Assembly (NCBI GenBank): GCA_965217865.1
Contig: CBDCJO010000002.1
Span: 1,152,001-1,216,000, forward strand
Direction of reading: 5' to 3'
Length of the DNA: 64,000 nt
DNA from: Candidatus Latescibacterota bacterium
GTDB taxonomy: Bacteria; Latescibacterota; UBA2968; SICM01
Shown here: piece by piece, positions 49,216 to 59,536 of the stretch
How positions within the stretch are numbered: the first letter of the stretch is position 1
Layout: each line of letters starts with the position of its first letter
Program-made: the position numbers and the translations under genes
Notes under the pieces: generated by a model
The model's input: only the letters and a program-made list of their open reading frames with translations
Database searches by the model: none
What the model was told of the DNA's origin: nothing

Positions 49216-50082
49216 TTAATGCTCAGTGATCTTCAAAAACACTTCCACCTGGGCATTCTTTTTCGCCCTCCAGTCTGAAATGAGGTCGCATCCGGCCTGG
49301 ACGAACGGAAGGTTCTGTTGGAACACCTGGCGGTCGGATAACATTCGGATGGCCGTCTCCTCCAGCACCTCCAGGTCGTGCCACGTGCCTAAGGCCTCCT
49401 GAATCTCCCGCATTCGTGCAATCCGCCGTTTGAACGACCCCAATCGGAGTTCATCCGAGATTTCCAGAATATATCTGAGGCGCTTGGTTACGATCCTGGT
49501 ATTGTGGAGGTCTTCGGTTTTTATACCCTCCCTCGCCACGACAAGGGCTTTCATGAACATCCCTTCACGATCGGCAATCTGGGACTGAGCCCTCAATAAG
49601 ATCTTCGCACGGGTAATGGCCGGTTCCGGGATGCCGGATCGATCTTGTCCCTCTCCGAATCCCCTGATCAATCTCTCCAGATCCTTCCGGAGGTCGGCAA
49701 GACCCAGAGAACGAAGCGAACGGACCATCTTGCGGAAGCGCCTCTTCCGACGAACGCTGAGATCTTTCTCCATAAATCGTAGGGTCTGGCGCGTAACGGC
49801 GTCCGCATACTTCCGTGTCTTTCGAAAATATTCAATCATGACATCCAGATCTCGAACCCCGGACTGGATGCGTCTGGCACGTCGCACCACCTTGATCACA
49901 TTCTCGCACCCAGAGTCATCGGAAAAACCGAGCCGCAGGATCTCCTGAAGCCGACGGGATGCGACCCGCATGTCGTGGATGGCCTCAGGATCTTTCCCTT
50001 CAAGAACAGCGGTCTCGAAGGAGAAAAAGGTCTTTGCCTTAACTTTCAAGACCTCTTGGAATCTATCCCTCATCCTGAGCAT
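49216..50082 (-). CDS. CHAD domain-containing protein
   Basis: AIHDMRVASRRL, VRDLDV, LHNTRIVTKRLRY and QEALGTWHD. Confidence 0.9.
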   Translation of the reverse strand: MLRMRDRFQEVLKVKAKTFFSFETAVLEGKDPEAIHDMRVASRRLQEILRLGFSDDSGCENVIKVVRRARRIQSGVRDLDVMIEYFRKTRKYADAVTRQTLRFMEKDLSVRRKRRFRKMVRSLRSLGLADLRKDLERLIRGFGEGQDRSGIPEPAITRAKILLRAQSQIADREGMFMKALVVAREGIKTEDLHNTRIVTKRLRYILEISDELRLGSFKRRIARMREIQEALGTWHDLEVLEETAIRMLSDRQVFQQNLPFVQAGCDLISDWRAKKNAQVEVFLKITEH

Positions 50083-50117
50083 TTCTTTATCTCACACGGA
50101 ACAAATGTCAATGACGA

Positions 50118-50232
50118 CTGCCCACTACTACTGCCTTTGTCGTCTCACGTCCGACGTTTTTTCAATCTTCAATCTTCGATCTTCAATTATCTTCAATATT
50201 CAATTTCCTCCGACCCCTGACCTCTGGCCTCC
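50118..50232. repeat. Composite short tandem repeat cassette, copy D
   Basis: CTGCCCACTACTACTG, TCTCACG, TCCGACG, about six TCTTCAA-type units, TTTCC, then CCGACCC/CTGACCT/CTGGCCT. Confidence 0.88.
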
Positions 50233-50312
50233 CACACCCCGCCATCAACAGATTGCGGGATACAGGCCGATGCCCGTATCCCGCGCACGATGTCATACTG
50301 GACTTACGCTTT

Positions 50313-52595
50313 TCATCCGCCGGATTGTCCGGAATCCTGCGTTTCCAGGTCGGCCAGCGACCCCCGTTTGCTGAAACTGATTCCTGTCGCCAGGACGGCG
50401 AGGCAAAGCACGATGACCGCCATTCGTATAAAGGAAATCTCATTGAATTCTACGTGAATTACGAAAGGCGCAACAAGGAGACCGACAAGGTTCATGACCT
50501 TGATCAGGGGGTTAAACGCTGGTCCCGCCGTGTCCTTGTAAGGATCGCCCACGGTGTCTCCGATCACGCCGGCCTTGTGCGAATCGGTCCCCTTGCCACC
50601 CAGGAATCCGTCCTCGATCTTTTTCTTCGCATTGTCCCAGGTGGCCCCCGTGTTGCACATATAACCAGCCAGCAGTTGCCCCGTCAGGATTGCCCCGGCA
50701 AGATAACCTCCAAGGGCACCCGGACCCAGGCCGAACCCCACGAGCACGGGGGTCGCGATGGCAAGGACACTCGGTCCCAGGAGTTCCTTCTGGGCAGCCG
50801 CTGTCACGATCGACACACAGGTGCCGTATTCGGGTTTCTCCTCACCCGACATGATCCCCGGATGCTCACGAAACTGCCGTCGGACCTCCTCCACGACCTT
50901 GAAGGCGGCTCTGTTTACGGCCTTGATTGCGAATGACGAAAACAGAAACGGCACCGCCCCCCCGATCAACAAACCCACGAAAACCTGTGGGAGGTTGACC
51001 TGGATGCCTTTTTCGACAAGACCGGTCGCGTCGATAAACGAACTGAAAAGCGATATGGCCGCAATCACAGCGGTCGCGATCGCCAGGCCCTTGGTCAGGG
51101 CCTTGGTCGTGTTCCCGATGGCGTCCATCCAGGCGAGGTTCCGGCTTGCCTGGTGCTCCTCGGTGATGCCCGACATCTCGAAGATTCCGTGAGCATTATC
51201 CGTGATCGGGCCGTACGTATCCATCGCCAGGATGAATCCGGTGGTCGTCAGGAGCCCGAGGCCCGTCAACGCGATACCGTAGGCGGCAAGGGCAGGACTG
51301 TCCGGAAAGATGATTAGCGAGGAGATGATTGTCAAGGCGATAGCCAAAACCGCCCAGACCGTCGATTCCAGACCCTCGGACATCCCCGCGAGGATCAGGG
51401 TTGCGGGGCCTGTCCGGGAGGCGACGGCGGTCTCGGTGGTGGGCTTCAGGTTAGGGTGGGTGAAGTGATTGGTCAGCCAAAGCGTGACGATCGCCAGGAC
51501 GATCCCCATCGTGGTCGCCCAGAAGAACCGGAAATCTGGAGCCCCTGTGTTGGGATCGATCAGGTAGAAATAGTTTACGACGGCAAAGCCCGCCACGGAT
51601 ATCAGAGATGCCGTCCAGTAGCCGATGCTGATGGGCCGCATCGGGTCGGCCAGCTCTTCCTCCTTAGCCCTCACCGCCCAGGTGCCGATGATCGACGAGA
51701 AAACCCCCAGGGCTCGGATTAAAAGAGGATATATGATCAGTTTAAGCGCAAAGACTCCAGCCGCAGCCCCGTAGACGCTGTTGAATTCAGCGTCCACCGT
51801 GGTCACCGCCGCCAGAATGATCGCCGCAACGAGGGTCACCTCGTAAGACTCGAACACATCCGCCGCCATCCCCGCGCAATCCCCAACGTTGTCTCCCACG
51901 TTATCCGCAATGACCGCAGCGTTCCGGGGATCATCCTCTGGGATATTCTGTTCCACCTTGCCGACCAGGTCGGCCCCCACATCCGCAGCCTTCGTGAAAA
52001 TGCCCCCCCCAACCCTCATAAACAGAGCCGCAAGCGACCCCCCGAAGCCGAATCCGATCAGGATCTTCATCGCATCCTCTTGGAAGATCATGAAGATCAA
52101 AACGGCTCCAAGAAGCCCGAATCCCACCGTGAACATGCCGGACACGGTCCCCGCACGGAAGGCCAGCTCCAACGCAGGTTTGAAACCCTTCAGGGCTGCG
52201 TTCGCGGTGCGAAGGTTTGCCTTTACCGCAAGCCACATCCCGACATAACCCGCCCCGTAGGATGCAAAGACCCCCATCAAAAAAGCCACAGCGACACCGA
52301 TCGGGAGCGGATGTGGGTATTGCTCGGGCAGGCTATGATACATCAGGAAGAGCCCCGCCGTGATAAGAATCACGAACCAGATCATCGTCTTGACCTGACG
52401 GCCAAGATATGCCATGGCCCCCTCCTCGATCGCCTTTGCGATCTGCTGCATCTGGGGCGTACCCGGGTCCTGTTTGAGGACACTCCGCACGAGATACCAT
52501 CCGTATGCCAACGCGATTAAGGCTGATCCCAAGACCGCCCATAGCAATGTCAACTCCAGTTGTCCCAATGGGGGCAGTTGAATATGACCTTCCAT
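50313..52595 (-). CDS. hppA: Membrane-bound proton-translocating pyrophosphatase, predicted K+-independent
   Basis: GGGIFTKAADVGADLVGKVE, DNVGDNVGD and GDTVGDPYKD. GNTTKA carries the Lys that marks K+-independent enzymes. Confidence 0.95.
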   Translation of the reverse strand: MEGHIQLPPLGQLELTLLWAVLGSALIALAYGWYLVRSVLKQDPGTPQMQQIAKAIEEGAMAYLGRQVKTMIWFVILITAGLFLMYHSLPEQYPHPLPIGVAVAFLMGVFASYGAGYVGMWLAVKANLRTANAALKGFKPALELAFRAGTVSGMFTVGFGLLGAVLIFMIFQEDAMKILIGFGFGGSLAALFMRVGGGIFTKAADVGADLVGKVEQNIPEDDPRNAAVIADNVGDNVGDCAGMAADVFESYEVTLVAAIILAAVTTVDAEFNSVYGAAAGVFALKLIIYPLLIRALGVFSSIIGTWAVRAKEEELADPMRPISIGYWTASLISVAGFAVVNYFYLIDPNTGAPDFRFFWATTMGIVLAIVTLWLTNHFTHPNLKPTTETAVASRTGPATLILAGMSEGLESTVWAVLAIALTIISSLIIFPDSPALAAYGIALTGLGLLTTTGFILAMDTYGPITDNAHGIFEMSGITEEHQASRNLAWMDAIGNTTKALTKGLAIATAVIAAISLFSSFIDATGLVEKGIQVNLPQVFVGLLIGGAVPFLFSSFAIKAVNRAAFKVVEEVRRQFREHPGIMSGEEKPEYGTCVSIVTAAAQKELLGPSVLAIATPVLVGFGLGPGALGGYLAGAILTGQLLAGYMCNTGATWDNAKKKIEDGFLGGKGTDSHKAGVIGDTVGDPYKDTAGPAFNPLIKVMNLVGLLVAPFVIHVEFNEISFIRMAVIVLCLAVLATGISFSKRGSLADLETQDSGQSGG

Positions 52596-52821
52596 AAATC
52601 TGTTAATCCCTCCTCGTGAGATCGACTTTCATCCACCCCTCATCCGGATTGCAAAAAAATCCTCCTACCGCCACAGGTCAGGCCCGTCTCGGTAAGAGTC
52701 CTGGAGATATCCACCCCGCGTTGAAAGGCGAATCAGTCTTCGGATTTCTTTCTATTCTCTTGGCTGCCAATGAGTTATTAATCAGATAATCCCCTTGTGC
52801 ACCGGTCCCGAACAGATATGA

Positions 52822-52850
52822 AATATATCGATTTCATCCGGTTCTGTCAA
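52822..52850 (-). promoter_or_regulatory. Sigma70 promoter for hppA with a long 5' UTR
   Basis: TTGACA-N17-TATATT about 225 nt upstream of the start. Confidence 0.6.
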
Positions 52851-52965
52851 CCCAAACCCGTCCCTAACGACAAAATGGCGGACGATCCGCCTTCGCTCGC
52901 ACCGTGTTTCACCTTGGCCCTATGGAAAACTTGAAAACCAGGAATGTGGAACGTGACACCCGGAA

Positions 52966-54954
52966 CTATTTCCCCGCCGCCATCCGGGACTTCAATCGGG
53001 AAATTTCGTCCCGGAACTTTGCAGCCTTCTCAAATTCCAATCTACCGGCTGCACGCTTCATCTTCTTTTCCAACTGTGAAATAAGATCCACGACATTGTC
53101 GGTTTCATAGACCGGTTCGGGCTCCGCCACCTTCGCTTCACGTCGAGCATCCGCGACCGAAGTGGCCAGCATCACCTCTTCCACAGACTTGGTGATGGTT
53201 TTGGGCTCGATTCCGTGCGCCTCGTTGTAGTCCTTCTGGATCCCCCTGCGCCGGTTCGTCTCGGATAATGTCTTCTGGATCGCATTCGTCATCTTATCGG
53301 CGTAAAGGATCACTTCACCGGCAAGGTGCCGCGCGGCCCGGCCTGCGGTCTGAATCAGAGAGCGTTCCGATCTGAGAAATCCCTCCTTATCGGCGTCCAA
53401 GATGGCCACGAGCGATACCTCGGGGAGATCGAGCCCCTCCCGAAGAAGGTTGACTCCGACCAGGACGTCGAAATCACCCAGGCGGAGGCTCCGAAGGGTT
53501 TCGACCCGTTCGAGCGACTCGATCTCGGAGTGAAGGTAACGCACTCGGACACCCATCTCCCGCATGTAGTCTGCCAAATCCTCAGACATCCGTTTAGTCA
53601 GCGTCGTAACGAGGACCCGCTCCTCCCGATCCACACGGATTTTGACTTCCTCCAGAAGATCGTCGACTTGGCCTCGAACCGGTTTAACTCTGATCTGTGG
53701 GTCTAGCAAGCCCGTCGGTCGGATGATCTGTTCCACGACGACTCCCTTGCTCCTCTCGAGTTCATATTCCGCAGGCGTGGCCGAAACGAAGATACATTGC
53801 CGAATCTTCTTCTCAAACTCGTCGAAGAAGAGAGGTCGATTGTCGTAGGCTGAAGGCAGCCGGAATCCGTGTTCGACCAGCATGTCCTTCCGGGAGCGAT
53901 CTCCAGCCCACATGCTACGGATCTGCGGACTCGTGACGTGGGACTCGTCGATGATCAGGAGAAAATCCTCCGGAAAGTAATCGATCAGCACGTTTGGGGG
54001 TTCCCCGGTTGTCCGGCCGTCCATGAAACGGGAATAGTTCTCAATTCCGGAACAGTAACCGATTTCCCGCATCATCTCCATGTCGTAGCGAGTCCTGGTC
54101 TCAAGGCGCTGGGCTTCGAGCAGTTTTCCCTCTGACTTGAACCATTCCGTTCTTTCATGGAGTTCCTTGTCGATCTCAAAGCACGCTTCTTCGATCTTTC
54201 GCGCCGTTGTTACGAAATGTTTGGCCGGATAGATCGCAGCCCGGGATTTCTCCTCGACAACCTCACCGGTCAAGATGTTAATGACAGACAGACCTTCGAC
54301 CTCGTCTCCGAACAACTCGACGCGAACGGCTTGCTCGTCGTCCGCGGGCAGGATCTCCACGACATCCCCCCTCACCCGAAAGGTTCCACGGGCAAATTCG
54401 AAATCGTTGCGGGTATAGTGGATGTCCACAAGCCTTCGTAGAAGGTTGTCCCGGTCGATCTCCTGTCCAACCTCCAGAAAGACGTGCATATTCTTGTACT
54501 CTTTGGGGGAACCGATGCCGTAGATGCAGGATACGCTCGCCACGATGATCACATCCTCCCTCTCCAGGAGGGCGCTGGTTGCTTTGAGGCGAAGCCGATC
54601 GATCTCGTCGTTGATATCGACCTCTTTCTCGATGTAGGTATCCGTGACCGGCATATAGGCTTCGGGTTGATAATAATCATAATAACTGATAAAATATTCT
54701 ACTGCGTTCTCCGGAAAAAATCCCTTGAACTCTCCGTACAGCTGCGCGGCAAGCGTCTTGTTGTGGGAGATAACGAGGGTGGGTTTTTGGACGTTTTCGA
54801 TCACCTTCGCGCAGGTATAAGTCTTTCCGGAACCGGTGACCCCCAAGAGCGTTTGAAATCGACCCTCTCCCTTGAGGCCCTCCGTCAACTCCCGGATGGC
54901 CTGGGGCTGATCCCCTTTCGGGACGAAATCGGAAATGACTTTAAATGCAGACAT
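52966..54954 (-). CDS. uvrB: Excinuclease ABC subunit B
   Basis: [30 protein letters not shown] and a C-terminal UVR domain. Start set at ATG 54954. Confidence 0.98.
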   Translation of the reverse strand: MSAFKVISDFVPKGDQPQAIRELTEGLKGEGRFQTLLGVTGSGKTYTCAKVIENVQKPTLVISHNKTLAAQLYGEFKGFFPENAVEYFISYYDYYQPEAYMPVTDTYIEKEVDINDEIDRLRLKATSALLEREDVIIVASVSCIYGIGSPKEYKNMHVFLEVGQEIDRDNLLRRLVDIHYTRNDFEFARGTFRVRGDVVEILPADDEQAVRVELFGDEVEGLSVINILTGEVVEEKSRAAIYPAKHFVTTARKIEEACFEIDKELHERTEWFKSEGKLLEAQRLETRTRYDMEMMREIGYCSGIENYSRFMDGRTTGEPPNVLIDYFPEDFLLIIDESHVTSPQIRSMWAGDRSRKDMLVEHGFRLPSAYDNRPLFFDEFEKKIRQCIFVSATPAEYELERSKGVVVEQIIRPTGLLDPQIRVKPVRGQVDDLLEEVKIRVDREERVLVTTLTKRMSEDLADYMREMGVRVRYLHSEIESLERVETLRSLRLGDFDVLVGVNLLREGLDLPEVSLVAILDADKEGFLRSERSLIQTAGRAARHLAGEVILYADKMTNAIQKTLSETNRRRGIQKDYNEAHGIEPKTITKSVEEVMLATSVADARREAKVAEPEPVYETDNVVDLISQLEKKMKRAAGRLEFEKAAKFRDEISRLKSRMAAGK

Positions 54955-55065
54955 AGATAGGTTTTTAAGGTGGATCGGTGGCGATTGACATTCCAAAACA
55001 TAAGGGATCTAAGGGACTGAGTCAAGCGGGTTGTCGGATGGTTTGGAAGCTTACTCATAAATAAA

Positions 55066-55960
55066 GGTGATTGAGTAGATATTGGCACCAGCGTATATTA
55101 ATAATATGCTGGTAATTAATCCACTTAAGTTAGCAAATGACTGCAAGATAAGTAGGGCCTATTTTCGTGCAGCCCGTTGGGGTGGAAAAAGGCGATGTCC
55201 AAGCTGCGATTATCAGCGCAGGTTGCCCTTATTAAAAGACGATCGGTTCAGGTGTTCACGGTGTGGATATCGGTTTAAAGATTTCACGGGCACTTATCTT
55301 GAAAGGCTTCGAATTTCATTTGACGAGCTTGCCCATTTACTTTATCTGTTTGTATTGGGAGTGCCCTCTTACCGATCCAGGCACTACCTGTCCGTATCGC
55401 TGAAAACGGCTCAGCGGATTTATACCACGTTTCGCCAGGCCATCTACGATCATAGCTTTACGGACCAGGTGCTTTGGGGTGAGATCGAGTTGGACGAGGC
55501 GATGTATGGAGGTCATCATAAGGGTAAGCGTGGATGGGGAGCAGCCGGAAAACACTTGGTTTTCGGGCTTTATCAGAGGAACGGAAAAGTCCTCACCTTT
55601 CCCATTCCGGATCGAAGTCGAAACACCCTTACACCGCTTGTGACCTCACACACCAAAGCAGGCAGTCTATACTACACCGATGACTGGCACGCCTACACTT
55701 GGCTGTCAGTCAAAGGTGACCACGTGGTTGTTCGAAAAGAAGAAGGGGTGCCCAAAGGCAAAGGCCGACATCACATCAATGGCATCGAAGGCTTCTGGAG
55801 TTTTTCTAAAAATTGGCTATCAATACAGAGGAATCCCTCGACATCATTTCCATTTATACCTGAAGGAAACAGAGTTCAGATTCAACCAGGAAGACGAGGA
55901 TCTCTTCCCAATTATTGCTTCATATCTGGTGAATCTGGTACCAATATCTTCCTAATTACC
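55066..55960 (+). mobile_element. IS1595 family insertion sequence, 895 bp
   Basis: 26-bp imperfect TIRs (GGTGATTGAGTAGATATTGGCACCAG vs GGTAATTAGGAAGATATTGGTACCAG). 8-bp target duplication TAAATAAA at 55058-55065 and 55961-55968. Confidence 0.92.
55106..55955 (+). pseudogene. IS1595 transposase, frameshifted near the 3' end
   Basis: Zn ribbon CPSC...CSRC, IELDE, YTDDW and HINGIEGFWS. YQYRGI...YLKETEFRFN continues in another frame after about 55818. Confidence 0.85.
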
Positions 55961-55986
55961 TAAATAAAAGGTCGATTGATTTTGTT

Positions 55987-56015
55987 TTGACAAACCTCCA
56001 GTCGGAAATTATATT
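55987..56015 (+). promoter_or_regulatory. Sigma70 promoter for the ABC permease
   Basis: TTGACA-N17-TATATT just outside the IS1595 end. Confidence 0.6.
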
Positions 56016-56108
56016 GCGCCTCCTTAATACAGAAACTGCGTGCCCCAAGTTCTCGATACGACGATTCAAGTCCGTTTCGCAGTCATCACCCCTGAGTTTA
56101 TGATCAGT

Positions 56109-56900
56109 ATGAAAAAGTTTGCACGCTTAAGCCGGTCGATCCGCGAATATTCACTCTCCGCCTTATTCATCTCCGTTGTTCTGATCCTCTGGGAAGTCGG
56201 ACATCACCTTTTCAGCGTTGCGGACTATGTCCTGCCCGCCCCTTCCGACATCTTCATAAGGATTGGGGCCAGCGGTCCCCTCCTGTTCGATCACGCCTTG
56301 GTGACGTTGAAAGAGGTTGTGGGCGGGTTCATGCTCGGGGCGTCTGTAGGGGTCTCAGTTGCGGCCCTCATGGCCTCCTCGAGGGTCATCGAGAGAATGC
56401 TTTACCCCCTGGTCGTCTCTTCTCAGACATTTCCAAAAGAGGCATTGGCCCCACTGTTCGTGGTATGGTTCGGGTTCGGCCTGGCCCCAAAGGTCGTCAT
56501 CGCCGGGTTGATCTCATTCTTTCCGGTCGTCGTCAATATGACCCGGGGCCTCCTCAGCGTCGATCCGCTGGCCCTGGACCTGTTGCGTTCCCTGTCCGCC
56601 AGCAAACGTCAGATCTTTCTCAAGCTCCGCTTCCCCAACGCCGTGCCCTACCTGTTCGCCGCCCTGAAGATGTGTGTGACCCTCAGTGTGATCGGGGCCG
56701 TCGTCGGAGAGTTCGTGGGATCGAGCGCAGGCCTCGGTCATCTTATACGCCTGGCCAACACGGAGATGGCCACGGATCTGGTCTTCGCCGCATTGATCGC
56801 CTTGGGCATTATGGGCACCCTCCTTTTCTTGATCGTCGAAGCGGCGGAGAAGATCTGCCTGAAGCGATGGGGCTTTTCAGTAGAAGGCCGCGAAAGGTAA
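56109..56900 (+). CDS. ABC transporter permease (SsuC/TauC/NitT family)
   Basis: LPAPSDI, LAPLFVVWFGFG, FFPVVVN and GAVVGEFVGSSAGLGHLI. Confidence 0.9.
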   Translation: MKKFARLSRSIREYSLSALFISVVLILWEVGHHLFSVADYVLPAPSDIFIRIGASGPLLFDHALVTLKEVVGGFMLGASVGVSVAALMASSRVIERMLYPLVVSSQTFPKEALAPLFVVWFGFGLAPKVVIAGLISFFPVVVNMTRGLLSVDPLALDLLRSLSASKRQIFLKLRFPNAVPYLFAALKMCVTLSVIGAVVGEFVGSSAGLGHLIRLANTEMATDLVFAALIALGIMGTLLFLIVEAAEKICLKRWGFSVEGRER

Positions 56901-56943
56901 CCGGACGGGTGAGTTTTCGGACCCCGATCCATATATTTTCCAA

Positions 56944-57921
56944 ATGATTATGCGCAGACACTGGGTCGTTTTCCTGATCTCAATATCCATATCATCGTGC
57001 GCCCCGAAGGTGGAGGATGGTCGGAATATCGAGTTCGTCCTGGACTGGAAGGCGCAGATGGAGCACGCGGGCTTCTTCGTGGCTCAAGGGAAGGGATATT
57101 ACAGGGAGGTGGGATTGAGGGTGAAAATCCTGGAAGGAAACAGTGCGATGAACGCCGCGATCCTGGTGGGAAACGGCACATACAACCTGGGGGTGTCAAG
57201 CGGCGCGGCAACCGTCATCGCCCGTTCCAGAGGAGCCCCCGTGGTCTCTCTGGCCGTGATCAATCAACGTTCCCCAGTGGTGATCTACGCCCTTAAGGGA
57301 GCCGGGATCAAGAGGCCTCAGGATCTTGTCTCAAAGCGGGTGGGGGTCAACTTCGGAGGGATCAAGTTCCAGGAGTACCGGGCGTTTTTGACGAAACTCA
57401 GCATCGACCCGACGACGATCACGGAGATTGGGATGGCCGGTTCCGACCCCACGCCGTTGCTGACCGGCCAGGTGGATGCCATGCTCGGTTATACTCAGGA
57501 CCAGCCCGTTTTGGTGAAACTCAGAGGGTACGAGGTCGATCAGATCCCGTTAGCCGATTACGGCGTGAACCTCTACAGTACGAACATCGTGGGAAATGAA
57601 GCGTTTCTCCGGAGCCACCCGGATCTCGTGCGCCGATTCATCGGGGCATCCGTCAAGGGATGGAACCATGCGATCGCCTATCCGGAGGAGGCGGTTTCAA
57701 CCTACCACACAAAGCATCCGGAGAGTGACGTGACGTTCAACAGGGCAAATTTTCAACATCTGATCCCCCTCTTGACACATACCGATAAGTCGGACTTCGG
57801 GAGGCAATCTGCATCCCGATGGTCCCACACACAGGACACCCTCTACGAACTGAAGCGCATCGAGAAAATGACCCCTCTGGACCAACTCTTCACAAACGGA
57901 TTCCTGCCTCATACGGAGTAG
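56944..57921 (+). CDS. ABC substrate-binding lipoprotein (NMT1/THI5-like)
   Basis: Lipobox ISSC, LDW, HAGFFVAQGKGYY and LLTGQVDA. Confidence 0.88.
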   Translation: MIMRRHWVVFLISISISSCAPKVEDGRNIEFVLDWKAQMEHAGFFVAQGKGYYREVGLRVKILEGNSAMNAAILVGNGTYNLGVSSGAATVIARSRGAPVVSLAVINQRSPVVIYALKGAGIKRPQDLVSKRVGVNFGGIKFQEYRAFLTKLSIDPTTITEIGMAGSDPTPLLTGQVDAMLGYTQDQPVLVKLRGYEVDQIPLADYGVNLYSTNIVGNEAFLRSHPDLVRRFIGASVKGWNHAIAYPEEAVSTYHTKHPESDVTFNRANFQHLIPLLTHTDKSDFGRQSASRWSHTQDTLYELKRIEKMTPLDQLFTNGFLPHTE

Positions 57922-57936
57922 ACGATCTCGAAGTCT

Positions 57937-58734
57937 CTACTCCGACCCCAGCATCCCTCTGATTCCTTCAACCAATCCCACAAACTCCGAGTCCCCCCTT
58001 AGTTTCGCCTCTCGAGGACGAGGAAAAGGAACCGGAATATCGTGAATGATATGTCCCGGCCTCGGGCTCATGACCACGACCCGATCCGACAGCAAAACAG
58101 CTTCGGATAGGCTGTGTGTGACGAAGAGTACCGTCGTCTTCCACGTCTGCCATAACCGAAGGACCTCGACTTGGATTTTTTCCCGGGTGATCTCGTCGAG
58201 GGCGCCGAAAGGCTCGTCCATCAACAGCAGGCCAGGCTTGTAGGTGAGCACACGGGCAATGGCGACCCTGGATTGCATCCCCCCCGAAAGCTCCCGCGGA
58301 TAGGCCTCCTCAAACCCGGCCAACCCTACGGTTTCCAGGATAGATTCTGCTAAATGGCGAATGGATGCATCCCCGAACACCTCTCCGGGAAGCCTGACAT
58401 TTTCAATCACGGTTCGCCAGGGAAGGAGGGTGGGGTCTTGAAAGACAAAGCCCACTTGCCTGCGCAAACGGGCTTCTTTGGGGGAATTGCCGTGAATTTG
58501 GACTTCACCGAAGGTGGGATCATCCAGATCCGCAAGGATCCGTAAAAGGCTTGTCTTTCCACAACCCGAGGGACCGACCACACTCACGAAGGTCCCTTCG
58601 GAAACCGCAAGATCAAGATCCTGAAGGGCGACAACGCGGTTGTGGTTTTCTGAAAAAGTCTTGCTCAAGCGGGATGTTCGGATCGCATCCTTCCCTCCGT
58701 CCGTCCGGAAAACCTGCCGGGTCAGGTTTGACAC
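57937..58734 (-). CDS. ABC transporter ATP-binding protein (SsuB/TauB/NitT family)
   Basis: GPSGCGKT, FQDPTLLPWRTV, LSGGMQSR, LMDEPFGALD and FVTHS. Confidence 0.92.
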   Translation of the reverse strand: MSNLTRQVFRTDGGKDAIRTSRLSKTFSENHNRVVALQDLDLAVSEGTFVSVVGPSGCGKTSLLRILADLDDPTFGEVQIHGNSPKEARLRRQVGFVFQDPTLLPWRTVIENVRLPGEVFGDASIRHLAESILETVGLAGFEEAYPRELSGGMQSRVAIARVLTYKPGLLLMDEPFGALDEITREKIQVEVLRLWQTWKTTVLFVTHSLSEAVLLSDRVVVMSPRPGHIIHDIPVPFPRPREAKLRGDSEFVGLVEGIRGMLGSE

Positions 58735-59147
58735 GTCCGCTTTACCATCTTCAATTCAGTCCCTCTATTGGACGGTCGGATCTCCACTTCATCCATACAA
58801 GATCTGATCATCAGAATACCCCGGCCGGATGGTTTGAGGAGGTTTTCTTTGGTGCGGGGATCGGGAAGTGACTTCGGGTCGAAACCGTTCCCTTGATCCC
58901 GAACCGTGACGGTGATGACATCCTTCCGGAGATCGAACTCCATCTCGACCTGTTTGCCCGGATCCTGATGGTTGCCGTGAGTGATCGCGTTGATCACCGC
59001 CTCGGTGACAGCGATGCACAAACTGGCCTCTTCATCCTCAGACAGGCCCATCTGTTTGGCGAACTTACCCGTCATCACCTCCACGCGTTTGACCATTTCC
59101 ATCGAGCTTGGGATGGTCAGCTTATGGCTGCCAGGGGTTTTTTTCAT
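58722..59147 (-). CDS. RsbW-like anti-sigma factor / Ser-Thr kinase
   Basis: EAVINAITHGN, DQGNGFD and GRGILMIRSCMDEV. Confidence 0.9.
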   Translation of the reverse strand: MKKTPGSHKLTIPSSMEMVKRVEVMTGKFAKQMGLSEDEEASLCIAVTEAVINAITHGNHQDPGKQVEMEFDLRKDVITVTVRDQGNGFDPKSLPDPRTKENLLKPSGRGILMIRSCMDEVEIRPSNRGTELKMVKRTCQT

Positions 59148-59182
59148 GAAGCGTCGGTCCCTAATATGGAAGCGATCCGAAT

Positions 59183-59536
59183 CTATTTAGATGGTTTGAT
59201 CAGATAGCTTGAGACCGCCCGATCCACGGACTCATACGTGGCGAACAAGCTTGCGAGTTGCGTGACGGCAAAGATACTGTTCACCCGCTTTGCGACATTT
59301 GCCAGACGAAGGTCTCCTTCCGCGTTTTTTAGCGTCGTGAGACTGGCCACGAGGACCCCGAGCATAGCGCTGCCGAACCACCGGACATTTCCGAGATCCA
59401 CCACGACCTTCTTGAACCCATCGTTTACAAGGCTTTTGATTTTATCGTGAAAATCGCCTACCTCCGGACCGCTGATCGTCTCGTGCTTGAGTGTGTACAC
59501 CGCAACGTCACCTCTCATCTCTTCCTTCATATTCAT
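59183..59536 (-). CDS. STAS-domain anti-sigma factor antagonist (RsbV/SpoIIAA-like)
   Basis: VVVDLGNVRWFGSAMLGVLV and GDLRLANV. GGAGG ribosome binding site before ATG 59536. Confidence 0.88.
   Translation of the reverse strand: MNMKEEMRGDVAVYTLKHETISGPEVGDFHDKIKSLVNDGFKKVVVDLGNVRWFGSAMLGVLVASLTTLKNAEGDLRLANVAKRVNSIFAVTQLASLFATYESVDRAVSSYLIKPSK

Noticed and set aside
56016-56108. TPP riboswitch ahead of the NMT1/THI5-type transporter
   Set aside because: Only CTGAG is present; the rest of the THI-box consensus is missing.
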